Shown piece after piece: positions 36,820 to 48,917 of a stretch of DNA of 64,000 nt. Under the pieces are notes generated by a model. The model did not search any database. It was not told the DNA's origin and saw only the letters and a list, made by a program, of their open reading frames with translations. Positions within the stretch are counted from its first letter, which is position 1; every line of letters begins with the position of its first letter. Origin of the DNA: Laetmonice hystrix (taxonomy: Eukaryota); NCBI GenBank assembly GCA_965235115.1, contig OZ249436.1:28088001-28152000 (forward strand). Direction: 5' to 3'. The translations under genes and the position numbers were made by a program.

Positions 36820-37738
36820 TACCCCCGTCACACTTATTCGGAATCAGCAGGAATCAAGCAGAACCAGCCGGAATGAAGAATTCTCAAAATTCGTGCCACA
36901 TTCGGGAGGGAATTTCAAATTGACCAAAATTCTTACAGCTTTGCAAGAATAGCGTTCGAATACTTAGAATGCGCTTCGAACCCGCCTCGAATGATTCTTG
37001 TACATTCCGGGTGTATTATAGCTCGAATGCAGCTCGAATGTAGTTGGAACACAGTAGGAATATTTAGAATATTGTTAGAATGCAGTCAGAATATTTAGAA
37101 TGCACCTCGAATGCCGTACGAGTGCGGTTCGATTGCTGCCCAAATACCGCCCGATGTCTGGATGGAAGGTGCCTCGAATGCTGTACGAATTCACCTCAAA
37201 TGCAGTCAGAACGCTGCCGGAATGGCCGCCGAATATGGTTCGAACGTCCAAAAATTCAAACAGAATGCAGTTCGAACACTTAGAATGCACTTCGAATGTA
37301 CTTAGAATGTAACACGAATGTTCGAGTATAGATTCCGGCAGTAATCGAGATGCATTCGAGGTGCATTCCGGCTCATTCGAGGCGCATTCGGGACATTCTG
37401 GCAGGATTTGAAGTGGCTTGCCGTTTCGATTCTGCCTCGAATGCGATCAGAATGTTTCGAATGTTGTTGGAATGCCGTAAGAATATTTAGAATGGAGTCA
37501 GAGTGCATTTAGAATACACTTCGAATGCCGTTCGATATTTTTCCCCTTCGAATGCACCTCGAAAGTTTTGAGCATGAGCAAAACATTCGGGCCGGCCACA
37601 AGAATGGGCCCGAATATTTGGAATGCACTCAGAATGCAGTCAGAACTTTTAGAATGCACTTCGAATATCCAGGAATATACCAAGAATTTTCATTCCGACA
37701 GCATTCTGGCTCATTTCGCCTCTAGTGTGACTAGGGTA
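36820..37738. mobile_element. GAATG-rich MITE copy 2
   Basis: Same termini and interior as copy 1; taa/tca flanks. Confidence 0.85.
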
Positions 37739-38050
37739 TCAAGAAGAGACTGTTTGGCTCTACGGTAGAAAATTCGAGAATGATAGGTAGGCCTATGTTG
37801 AGAAATTAGATTTGAACTATGTGCCTGTGCGCAGAGGGGAAACTCGACTATTTACTGCTCATCTCTACATCCGCAATGCCACTTTACACGACTTTGCGCA
37901 AATCCTGGGGAAATGGCCGCTTCATACATCTAAGGCCTGGTTTGCCTCCGAATATGACCTAGAGAAGCAATCAGAAGCAGTGTTGGTGTTCCGAGTGTGG
38001 GGAGGACGTATTGAGCAGATGTGCCGTAAGGACGCCACACTCGGCTCACC

Positions 38051-39024
38051 CATTTGTCTGGGCCAGATCCTCTCAGCCCTCGCACAGTCGTCACCATGTT
38101 GGATCTTCTGTTATCACATGACACAACGTGGTCAAAACGGCAACGGCTGAGAACGATCGAGACTGCAAATCTTCGGAAATTATCCATCTTTCCCGATGAA
38201 CAATCCCGCGTTAGGCCGAGTACCGACGATCTATGAACTACTTTACGCACTACGCGAGTTGTGATGTGCCCAAACCCGTGGAATCTCTGTCCGATCTCTA
38301 CGGCTTGCGAGGTCCCATTCGGCCAACCTCGGGACTGTTCGGGCCAAATCCTCTCGGCCCTCGCACGGTCGTCACCATGTTGGATCTTCTTTTATCACGT
38401 GACACAACGTGGTCAAAATGGAGACAGCCGACACACCGACAAAGGTGAAAGACAAGCATTGTCTGGCTTGTTTAAAAGCAGATCTTCGCTTGATACCTCT
38501 TATAAGTGGATTAGACGTCAAAGAAAATCTATTCAGGTCTCTATAGATACTTTTTTAGATGTTGACATTCCTATTGGCATTGTTTATCATCAGACGGAGG
38601 TCAACGTTCGTCCCACGGACGCGCTGTCTCACTCGGGATTCCCTCGGGATTCCTTCGGGCGTATGACGTCATTTCTTATGTTGATGCAAGCTAGTAAAGT
38701 CGTATGATTTCATAAATACTGCAAAACTGAATGTGTCGCGGCTGCTAAGAACGATGGAGACTGCAAATCTTGGGGAATTGTCCATCTTCACCGATGAACA
38801 ATCCCGCCTTAGGCCGTATACCGACGATCTATGAACTACTTTGCGCACTACGCGAGTTGTGATGTGCCCAAACCCATGGAATCACTGTCATATCTCTACG
38901 GCTTGCGAGGTCCAAGACCACAACTAGCGAAGCGACCGGAAGTTGGGCCAAGGTGTTTCGAATGGCGAGGTCCAAGACCACAACTAGCCAAGCGACCGGA
39001 AGTTGGGCCGAGGTGTTCCGAATG
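38051..39024. mobile_element. Mutator-like MITE (outer, internally deleted copy)
   Basis: 10-bp TSD tcggctcacc at 38041 and 39025; ends cattt...ccgaatg. Confidence 0.8.
38316..38964. mobile_element. Mutator-like MITE inserted into a copy of its own family
   Basis: cattcgg...cgaatg; 9-bp TSD gcgaggtcc at 38307 and 38965. Confidence 0.85.
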
Positions 39025-39565
39025 TCGGCTCACCGTCATGTCTCAGCTGTACGACGGAGGCTGCCATATTTGGGGTGCAGTGGGTCGGTGGGGAGCTAGG
39101 TCGGGATCATTAGCCAAGATGTGGACAACAACAAACGCAGTGGTGCTGCCGTACAGAAAATGGCGAACCACCATTAAGCCTGTGTTTGACTATACAGAGC
39201 TAGAATATCTGGTTTGCGAATGTTGAGAAATAGTGGCTTACCCAGAAACTGGACCCAGGGTGGTGCTAGAAATAACCAATGTCGTAGTCTTTTTTTTACG
39301 GCTTTTACGAGGCAACAAGCGCACCCAAAAAAAATGGGCAAATTGAGGAGCAGCCCAAGCACCCCCCCCCCCCCGGTACGCTACTGAGATAGGCCTATAA
39401 ACTATGTGGACTATGTAGGACTATGTGCTTCTGCATGGGGGAAATTCGACTAATTACCGCTCATATATATTTATGCGCAATCTGCTTCACAAGACTTTGT
39501 GCAAATCCTGGTAATATATTATTAGCTCCGAGGTCTGGTTCGCCTCCTGATGTGACCTAGAAACA

Positions 39566-40079
39566 CATTCGGGAATCCTCGGCCATATCTTCGAAAGTAG
39601 CCTCGGGTGAAATAGGCGCCATTTTGAGCATTGCATCACGGGTACATTTAGTCGGGACTCTCGCATGGCAGTGCTTGCAGTATTTTGCCTGCATCAGGCA
39701 TGGAAGCAACTAAAATAGGTCTCCAGTGCTTTCCCCGAAGTCAGTGGGCAATATTACGATGTTCATGATACAACCAGTCCTACCATGTGTCGTGTTGTTG
39801 TCGTTCATGGGCGCGGCCATATTTCTTTCCATAATTTGATAAATTACCGTATCACGTCCATTTAGGTAAATTAGGTGATTCATTTTTCTTCTTCAAACGT
39901 TCCGCTTCATACTAGAAATTTATATTTGCACATAGAACGCCGAAGGAGCAGGTTTCAAAGATGCACTACTTCCTTGCTCGATGGGATATGACGGTTCACT
40001 CAGTGCCTCGCTACACAGGTCGATTTCACCCGAGGGTATATGCAGAAATGACGTCATATGCCCGAGGGAATCCCGAATG
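39566..40079. mobile_element. Related Mutator-like MITE
   Basis: TIR cattcgggaatcctcgg / ccgagggaatcccgaatg; 9-bp TSD ctagaaaca; empty site near 44141. Confidence 0.85.
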
Positions 40080-41290
40080 CTAGAAACAGTCAATCAGAAA
40101 CAGCATTGTTCGTTCCAAGTGGGACGGGCAATTCTGGCACGCCACGTGTGAATGCCTTGCCTGCCATCCTCCCAATCCCTGTCATCTCCAGGAAAATTAT
40201 CGAAATTTTAGACAAAAGTAGGGATTAGAGTCTAAAGTTGGTCTAGCTCTAGGCCTAGCTCAGCTAGCACTTAACTGTGATGTTACGTCGCGGCACACTC
40301 TCCAGACAGAGATCGTTCTTTTCATTCAATCTCTGCCACAGGTTGCTGGGGTACTACCGTTTGAGTGACCCCTAAACTGACCTAGAAATCCCCGACCGGA
40401 ACAGCCGAACATTGCCGAGATCGAATCGTGGCTGCTCGATTTTGCTAAGAATTGTCGTTTACTTTTTAGGCACTGACTCTCAGAATAATGATGCCACACA
40501 AAGATCCAAATCTTCAGAGAAATCATCTGCAGCCACCATGTTGGAACGAAAGTACATAGTTGGAAACACCTGAAGTATTTCAATTCATCCCGAAATTGGC
40601 TAACCGACTTGCAAGTTCCTAATATTACATCAGGCATTTCTCTTACATGTACGGTGAATGTCACTTGGTATACTTTCGGTTTTGGGATTTAGAGGTACGT
40701 TGAAAAAAAACGGGGTTAACCGGGTAGGGGCCCGATTTCGCTCATAAAAAGGCATGTGTGGCAGCAATCAGAACGATCGAGCCATTTCCGATTTACTTTG
40801 CTTTTGGGAACTGACTCGGACAGTGAAAGTGTAGATATTTGACGGTCATATGCCGGGAATCCGCCGGATATGTGATGTGCTCTATGATCTGGCCGATTGA
40901 AGATTTAGTGCAGTCGATTGACCAACTGTTTTAGGTGTTGCGTGCATATTAACAAGTTTGCACTGATTGTACATGTTGATAATGAGCAAACAAGTAACAG
41001 GTTCACATAATTTGATGTCACAATACGATTTGAGCAGTCCGACTTTTACCATAATGGCGGTGCCCACACGATGACAACATGTCATAGCCATATCCATGGC
41101 ATAGGCCTAGGCTAGTGCACCCGTGTGCGATAGATTACGAATTTAATGGAGACTCCCTTGGAAGAATTTTTAAGTGCGGTACAAAATGTGAGCCAAAGCC
41201 TTCGTTTGCCCTTCAGCCTTCGACACACAGACAGCATGTACCACTGGTAGGTGCAGTGTCGCTTCTTCCCGAACACAATGACTGTGTGTA

Positions 41291-41937
41291 CCTCGGCCCA
41301 ACTTCCGGTCGCTTCACTAGTTGTGGTCTCGGACGTCGCAAGCCGTAGAGATATGACAGTGATTCCATGGGTTTGGGCACATCACAACTCGTGTAGTGTG
41401 CAACGGCGCAAAGTAGTTCATAGACCGTTCGGTATTCGGCCTAACGCGGGATTGTTCATCAGAAAAGATGGATAATTTCCAAAGATTTGCAGTCTCGATC
41501 GTTCTTAGCAGCCGCAACACATTCAGTTTTGCAGTATTTATGAAATCATACGACTTTACTAGCTAGCATCAACATAAGAAATGACGTCATACGCCCGAAG
41601 GAATCCCGAGGGAATCTCAAGTGAGACAGCGCGTCCGTGGGACAAACGTTGACCTCCGTCTGACGATAAACAATGCTAATAGGAATGTCAACATCTAAAA
41701 AAGTATCTATAGAGACCTAAATAGATTTTCTCTGACGTCTAATCCACTAGTCAGAGGTACCAAGCGGAGATCTGTTTTTAAACAAGCCAGACACTGCTTG
41801 TCTTTCACCTTTATCGGTGTGTCGGCCGTCGCCGTTTTGACCACGTTGTGTCACGTGATGAAAGAAGATCCAACATGGTGACGACTGTGCGAGGGCCGAG
41901 AGGATCTTGCCCGGACAGTCCCGAGGTGGGCCGAATG
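41291..41937. mobile_element. Inverted copy of the Mutator-like MITE
   Basis: Reverse complement of 38316-38964; tgtgtgta on both flanks; empty site near 45749. Confidence 0.85.
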
Positions 41938-42197
41938 TGTGTGTACATCACCTGCCACTTTAAAAATAGTTTTGTGACGTCAGCCATGCAAGATGGCGTT
42001 CTTACTATCCCAGTCTATTTCCCGAAATGGACTCGGTCATTCCGATTGGTAATAGGGAAGCCACTTATATCCCTCAGGATACTCGGTGCGACCTATGTTT
42101 ATGTTTTTGTCTATGTTTAATTAGCGGGTAAACTGGTGGCCTTTTGATGGCATGATACGATTATTGTTTAGTTTATTGGTTTTGTGATGACGCTGTT

Positions 42198-42426
42198 GAG
42201 AATCCAACTTACCTTGGTGTCATACCTGGCGGAAATATAGATTCTATTGGCCACTCTCAGGAGTAGGCCAGAAACGGAACAGCCAGCATTACGGAGGAAT
42301 GCCCTGTGTTATTATTCTGACGATACTAGTTGTTCTACTGAAATTATACCTGCCCCTGACAGTGGAATATTGGACTTAGGCCTAGAAAATGCCCCCCAGG
42401 TATGACGCCAGGACAAGTGGATTCTC
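42198..42426. mobile_element. Small MITE (GAG...CTC termini)
   Basis: gagaatccaacttaccttggtgtcatacctgg / ccaggtatgacgccaggacaagtggattctc; partial copy at 35080-35265. Confidence 0.65.
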
Positions 42427-42669
42427 CTGTATAATATGCGTTACACATGCAATTCCCTTTTTCTCACTACAGATTATAGATACCGATTCCATAATTATAT
42501 CTACCAAAAATTTCATTCACTGACAAATCTATTTAATATTATCTATGAAGGTATAATAGGCCCATGCTGGTAGTGAATAGAACGTTTCTCTTTATTGTTG
42601 TAAATATTATTAACACAAGCGTTACAATACTAACGATATTTGTGGCTGCCTCATGAAAGTGGCAGTTAA

Positions 42670-43346
42670 AGCGGGATCCTACCTAACTTCGAAAATAAAA
42701 CACATACCTGTCACCCATAGCGACCTATTGACATATATGTGAAGCCACACTGTTGCACCAGTACTGCAGTATGATAATCTTTGTTAACTAGGATTCGGGC
42801 GGAAGCTAGAACATGATAATTAGCAGGAGTTTGAATTTGCCTCCGCTCTCCGAAAGGGGCGCAGCAAATGACGTCGAACAACATCCCATAATTATTATAG
42901 TCCTAAGTCTTCAGGTATCGCTCCACCATATTTGATCATCATCATGTGCTTGCTTTGTAAATATGCTTCCTAGGGACGAAAGTCGATCTATGCAACAGAA
43001 TCAGCTAAAAAGCCGCTAAAGAATGAGTTGGACAAAGGACGTGACAGTGCTCGTGGCATTGAAATAGATCGGTGGATGGCCTTGAAACCCCATGCTCCAA
43101 CTAGTCCGAGTGTCACCTGAGACTGTGAGAGTCACTGAAACTCAGCGTGGGAATTCCGCTGTTATACGGTTATCCACAATGGCCAAGCGGTTCGAAGGTA
43201 GAGCATTAGATTGCAACGGAGCCAGCTGAGCGTTCTCACATTACATTTGGTTGGTCTCACTTCAATTTATTTGAGTTTTACATGTGACACTAAGCTGATT
43301 TATATGGCAGGGTGTCGATATTACAGGTTTTAAAAATAGTGGACCT
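42670..43346. mobile_element. TTAA-targeting insertion, Kolobok-like (AG...CT ends)
   Basis: TTAA duplicated; empty site gtggcagttaaccctttc near 35421. Confidence 0.75.
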
Positions 43347-44832
43347 TTAACCCTTTCAAGACATGCCCCTTGTGGGCGGCGGAATTGTTATTCCTACGCT
43401 TGCTCGGGAATAAAGCGTATACATAATAAACCAATCACCTGTCGAGCTGCCCTTGTTTTGTTGTTTATTGTTTTCCCCCCTCAGTTTTTTCAGATGGGTT
43501 ACAGTTAAGGATAGGGATGGTTATAAGCCCTATTACAAAGCTTGTCATATGCAAATGAGCTCCACTTTGGTATGGAGCTAGCCTTGGGAAAAACATTCGC
43601 GGCCGAGATATGCACTGGGGCGGACCACTTGGCACACTGGTCGACTGACTAACGTCATATCTCACGACGGATATCGCCATGTTGGTGGGTGGAGTGGGTG
43701 GCACTCGGCACTACCTCCACTGACTGCGTCATGTCTCAGCTGTACAACGAAGGTTACCATGTTGGGGGTGGGGTGGATGGGTGGCTATGTCGGGACCTCT
43801 GGCCCAGATGTTGACAACAAAAAACTCGCTCAGTGCCGCCATGCGAAAATGGAGAACTCCCCTATGTCCGACAGTCGGTCTTTACAGAGTTACAATATCT
43901 GGCTTTCCTCCCAAGTGAAGAAGAGACTGTTTTGTGTCAACGGTAGAAAAATCGGGAAGGATGTAGACTCTATGTTGAAAAATTAGATTTGAACTAGGCC
44001 TATGTGCCTGTGTGTAGGGGAATCCGACTAGGCCTATTTACTGCTGTGTTCATGTGCGATGCCGCGTCACTGCGGTTTGCGCAAATCCTGGGAAAATGGC
44101 TGCTTCATACATCCGAGGCCAGCTTCGCCTCCGGATATGACCTAGAAACAGCCAATCAGAAGCAGCGTCGGTGTTCCAAGTGGGGTGGGTGGGTGACTAG
44201 GTCCACGACAACAACAAACTGAAAGTCCCACGGTGCCGCCCTGCCGAAAATGGAAAACTCCCCACTTAATTAGCCTGTGTCGGACTTTACAGAGTTAAAA
44301 TATCTGGTTTGCTCACAGGTGTTTTGCCTCTACGGTAGAAAATTCGAGAAGGATAGGTAGGCCTATGTTGAGAAATTAGATTTAAACCTGTGCCTGTGCG
44401 CAGGGGGAAATTCGACTATTTACTGCTCATCTCTACATCCGCGATACTGCTTTACACGACTTTGCGGAACAGCCGAACATTGTCGAGCTCGAATTGTGGC
44501 TGCTTGATTTTGCTAAGACACTCTAAGGCACAGACTCTCAGAATATGATGCCACACAAACATCCAAATCATCTGCAGCCGCTATGTTGGAACGGAAGTAC
44601 CTAGTTGGAAACCTAGTTGGTAGTATTTCAATTCATCCCGAAATTGGCCAACCGACTTGCGACTAGCTGATTTCCCTCTGCAAATGTAGTTCCTAATATT
44701 TCATCAGGTATTTCTTTTGTACGGTGAATGTTACTTGGTATACTTTCGGTTTTGGATTTAGAGGTACGTTAAATTTTACAGATACCATATATACAGCAAG
44801 GCCGACTTTGAAAAAACGGAGTTAAACGGTAA

Positions 44833-45194
44833 AGGGGCCCGCACACGAGGAGAAACTGGCGCAGCGCAACTGACGCTCGACTAGTAGCGCACCGTCTGCG
44901 GGCGAATTTCCGTGTGCATTTGTCCACTCGTGGTCGTGTGGAAAATATCTATCGTGTTTGATTCTACCTGCCACTCGTGGCCAGTGGCACCCCGTGTACG
45001 GGCTGCAGTGCGCTATTTCCTCAGACGACGGACACAGTGTGCATGCGGTATTGGCATTTAAAAATGGCGGCGCCCAGTGAAGTAGTGAAGCAAAAGGCAC
45101 CCCGTGTACGTGGAGCAGTGAGGTGTGCAAGTAGCGCGTGTCTCTGGCGCTGCGCTGTTGGCGCGCGCGAGTTCCTCTCCGTGTGCGAGGGCCT
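44833..45194. mobile_element. MITE, Harbinger-like
   Basis: ggcccgcacacgaggag / ctctccgtgtgcgagggcc; absent from the paralogous site near 40722. Confidence 0.7.
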
Positions 45195-45852
45195 GTAGGG
45201 GCCCGATTTCGCCCGTAAAAAGGCATGTGTGGCAGCAATCGGAACGATCAAGCCATTTCCGGTTAACTTTGTTTTGGGAACTAGACTCGGACAGTGAAAG
45301 TGTAGAAATTTGACGGTCATATGCCGGGAATCCACCAGATGTGTGATGTGCTCTCTGATCTGGCCGATTGAAAATTTAGTGCAGTCGATTGACCAACTGT
45401 TTTAGGTGTTGTGTGCACACAAACAAGTTTTCACCGATTGTACATGTTGATAATGAGCAAACAAGTAACAGGTTCACATAATTTGATGTCACAATACGAT
45501 TTGAGCAGTCCGACTTTTACCATAATGGCGGTGCCCACACGATGACAACATGTCATAGCCATATCCATGGCATAGGCCTAGTGCACACGTGTGCGATAGA
45601 TTACGAATTTAATGGAGACTCCCTTGGAAGAATTTCTAAGTGCGGTACAATATGCGAGCCACAGCCTTCGTTTGCCCTTCAGCCTTCGACACAAGGACAG
45701 CATGTAACACTGGTAGGTGCAGTGTCGCTTCTTCCCGAACGCAATGTTTGTGTGTACATCACCTGCCATTTTAAAAATAGTTTTGTGACGTCAGCCATGC
45801 CAGATGGCATTCTTACTATCGGATTCTATTTCCCGAAATGGACTTGGTCGTT

Positions 45853-45940
45853 CCGATTGGTGTGGCAGAGGGGTAAGCGCAGCAAGCCCCTCTGCATTAT
45901 GGGAGATTGATCGCGGCACAGTGCCGCCCCTCTATATAAA
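45853..45940 (+). promoter_or_regulatory. Candidate promoter of the nested transporter gene
   Basis: Reverse CCAAT (gattgg, about 45855), GC box CCGCCC 45924-45929 and TATATAAA 45933-45940, about 165 bp upstream of the ATG. Confidence 0.4.
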
Positions 45941-46104
45941 TCTACAATGGGCTCTGATAGTCAAATGATGCATCATCTGGCCGTAATAGGTTAATCATCC
46001 TTAATGATTTAATTTAATTGGCGCGGGGCTGGCCTTACCGGTAGGCCTACGCTTCGAGCTCCTTTGACAAACAGTAACACCGTGAACTGGACGAAGTGCT
46101 TGCA

Positions 46105-47127
46105 ATGACAGATAAAACGGAGACCTGGCGCCCCTTGTTGGGATACCTAGCAGCTATTGGTGTCGTTATTGCTGACGGCATTGGGATCTCATGTGTTCAG
46201 ACCTTGCGTGGATTAATACCGGACTTCCAGCTTAACGTATTTAGGTACGTTACTCAACTAAGCATAAGCCTAAGTATTCTCATCGTGCAGACGCGGGGGA
46301 TTCCGTTCACAACTGACCAAACCAACTATGGTTGGATGTGCCTTTTGGCCTTTTCCAGCATTGCCTACAATGCTGGCTACTTTGGGGGATGTGCGATGAT
46401 TGCTGTCTCAGCTGCCAATGCAACCCTTAATCTGTCAGCAGTTATAGCAGTAACACTTCTGTGTAAACTATTCCTGAAGACCCGGATTGGACTCGTTCAG
46501 TGGATTGCCATATGTGTGTGCGGGACTGGTATATTCTGTATCAGCCAACCTGAGCCGTTCTTCCAGAGGGAACTTCAAAATAACAGTTTGTGCCTTCAAA
46601 ATGACTTCAACATCACGGAAACCGGAGGCAACACTTGTGAACATGACTCAACTATTCTCTTGGGATACATACTGGTTGCCATAGGCGGCTTTTCAATTGG
46701 CACATTATCTATCATTTCTGGGTGCGTACTCATCAATATAAATCCAGTCAGCCAAGTCGTCTGGGTTTCTTCCGTTGGCGCTTTAACATCATTGTGCATA
46801 GCTTTTTACTTTGAAGAGCTGGTCATTCCCACTCGGGCAGTCGATATAGCATTGATCGTGGGTCACTGTTTGAGCGGTTCATTCGCTGCCGGTATATATT
46901 TCTACGCGTGCCAAGTGATTGGCCCCATGCGTACAAATATGGTGCGTTCTTTTGAAGTCGTTATGTTACTTTTGCCGCAGTACACCGTGTTAAAAGACAT
47001 TATACCAGGACACAGGAATGTTCTAGAAGTGTTTGGAGCCGTCCTAACTACGGCTGGGGTCGCGCTCATACCGGCTGTTGATCTGATCGCCCAAAAACGG
47101 CTGACAGAACTCGGCGACCAACAGTAG
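46105..47127 (+). CDS. Intronless SLC35G-like / EamA (drug-metabolite transporter superfamily) membrane protein, 340 aa, nested antisense in an ADGRV1 intron
   Basis: Uninterrupted ORF (ATG at 46105 in gcaATGa context, TAG stop); about 10 hydrophobic segments in two halves separated by a polar loop; CVQ.L...IPDFQLNVFR resembles invertebrate SLC35G-like proteins from memory. Confidence 0.8.
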   Translation: MTDKTETWRPLLGYLAAIGVVIADGIGISCVQTLRGLIPDFQLNVFRYVTQLSISLSILIVQTRGIPFTTDQTNYGWMCLLAFSSIAYNAGYFGGCAMIAVSAANATLNLSAVIAVTLLCKLFLKTRIGLVQWIAICVCGTGIFCISQPEPFFQRELQNNSLCLQNDFNITETGGNTCEHDSTILLGYILVAIGGFSIGTLSIISGCVLININPVSQVVWVSSVGALTSLCIAFYFEELVIPTRAVDIALIVGHCLSGSFAAGIYFYACQVIGPMRTNMVRSFEVVMLLLPQYTVLKDIIPGHRNVLEVFGAVLTTAGVALIPAVDLIAQKRLTELGDQQ

Positions 47128-47555
47128 TGGTGGTCTATAGACCCTCAGTCTGCCCCATTTTAATTAACCCCTCCCACCAACTATGTTATATGACCCACCC
47201 TGTGCCCCCTTCTGATACCTAGCATACAGTTTCTCTTCCCCTTTTAATTTTCGTTTTCCCTATTTGTCTCTGTAGCCCTCTATTGTCGACCCACGGCCCT
47301 TATTGTTATACCCCATACATTCTCTACTTGTCAACTTCTCTTCACTACTTTGTCCCCCACCCCCACCCAGCCTCCTTGCTACCACTCACTCCTTTACCCA
47401 TTGACCTATACTTGCTATAATGTCGGACTACAGCCGGTGCTCGGACACCAGGCCGACAGACTCGGACACGAGGCCAACAGACACGAGGATGAAAAACACC
47501 AGGCCAAAAGACACAAAGCCGAAAGGACATCAGGGCGACGGACACGTGTCCGTAG

Positions 47556-48217
47556 CATTCGGCCCACCTCGGGACTCTCCGGGCCAGATCCTCTCGGCCC
47601 TCGCACAGTCGTCACCATGTTGGATCACGTGACACAACGTGGTCAAAACGGCGACGGCCGACACACCGACAAAGGTGAAAGACAAGCAGTGTCTGGCTTG
47701 TTTAAAAACAGATCTCCGCTTGATACCTCTGACACGTGGATTAGACGTCAGAGAAAATCTATTTAGGTCTCTATAGATACTTTTTTAGATGTTGACATTA
47801 CTATTGGCACTGTTTATCGTCAGACGGAGGTCAACGTTTGTCCCACGGACGAGCTGTCTCACTTGGGATTCCCTCGGGATTCCCTTGGGCGTATGACGTC
47901 ATTTCTTATGTTGATACAAGCTATATATAATTATTATAGTAAAGTCGTATGATTTCATAAATACTGCAAAACTGAATGTGTCGCGGCTGCTAAGAACGAT
48001 CGAGACTGCAAATCTTCGGAAATTATCCATCTTTCCTGATGAACAATCCCACGTTAGGCCGAATACCGACGGTCTATGAACTACTTTACGCCGTTGCGCA
48101 CTACGCGAGTTGTGATGTACCCAAACCCGTGGAATCACTGTCATATCTCTACGGCTTGCGACGTCCGAGTCCACAACTAGCGAAGCGACCGGAAGTTGGG
48201 CCGAGGTTTTCCGAATG
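47556..48217. mobile_element. Mutator-like MITE, direct copy downstream of the nested gene
   Basis: cattcgg...ccgaatg; 10-bp TSD gtgtccgtag. Confidence 0.88.
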
Positions 48218-48917
48218 GTGTCCGTAGGTGGATTCTGGTGTATTCTGAGAGTAAAATTGGCATCAATTTGTGGGGTAAATAGATCGGTTACACTCACACT
48301 TATGTCGGAGTATATATTGGACTAAAAATGATTTTTAATTTTGAGAAAGTTGCCGGCAGTTTGGGGGAAGTAGGCGGGCAGAACCGCCTGGTGCCGGCGC
48401 TTATTGAGAAGGCTGGGGCATGCATGTCTTCTCTTTTTGCTATTATGCTTCCTTTTCTGTCAGGAGAAATTGTGATTAATATTATTACACGCAAACAGGA
48501 TTTCTATTGAAGCACAAGATGTTAATTGTACTTTGAAACAACGTTTGAATCTTGCCTTTATTAAAAGTTTACACTTAGGCCTATGTCTTGAATTTGTATG
48601 ATAACGTTATATCAACATCAGCGTCTTAGGCCATAGACTCCCTCTATTTATGTTTCTTAACTTTATACGGATTATATAATAACCTTATTTACCGATGGTA
48701 AAAACGTTTATTACATGCCTCAATGAGTAATCTATTTCAAATTACAAATAGAATGGCAATTATTTTGATCCATTCATTTCTGTGATGCTGAAGTCATTTT
48801 GAAAGCAGAAACTGTTATTATTAATTGATGAAGTAATTCCGCCCCGTCCCTCCTCCCTTTTCCGGGTGACACCGCAATACAGCAGGTAGACAATCCAACC
48901 ACTGTCATTTTAACAGT

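Larger units (their letters stand above)
34490..45862. repeat. Degenerate tandem triplication of a non-coding module upstream of the nested gene
   Basis: Block ...gtgctctctgatc...gaccaactgttttaggtgttg...cccgaacacaat recurs near 34530, 40875 and 45345; adjacent blocks recur at 35080/42208 and 40400/44465. Confidence 0.85.

Noticed and set aside
35668..37738. Heat-shock-element cluster
   Set aside because: Many GAA/TTC words, but rarely in the required nGAAnnTTCn spacing.
41291..48217. Composite or Pack-MULE transposon carrying the transporter gene between inverted MITE copies
   Set aside because: Each copy has its own flanking duplication, so they inserted independently.
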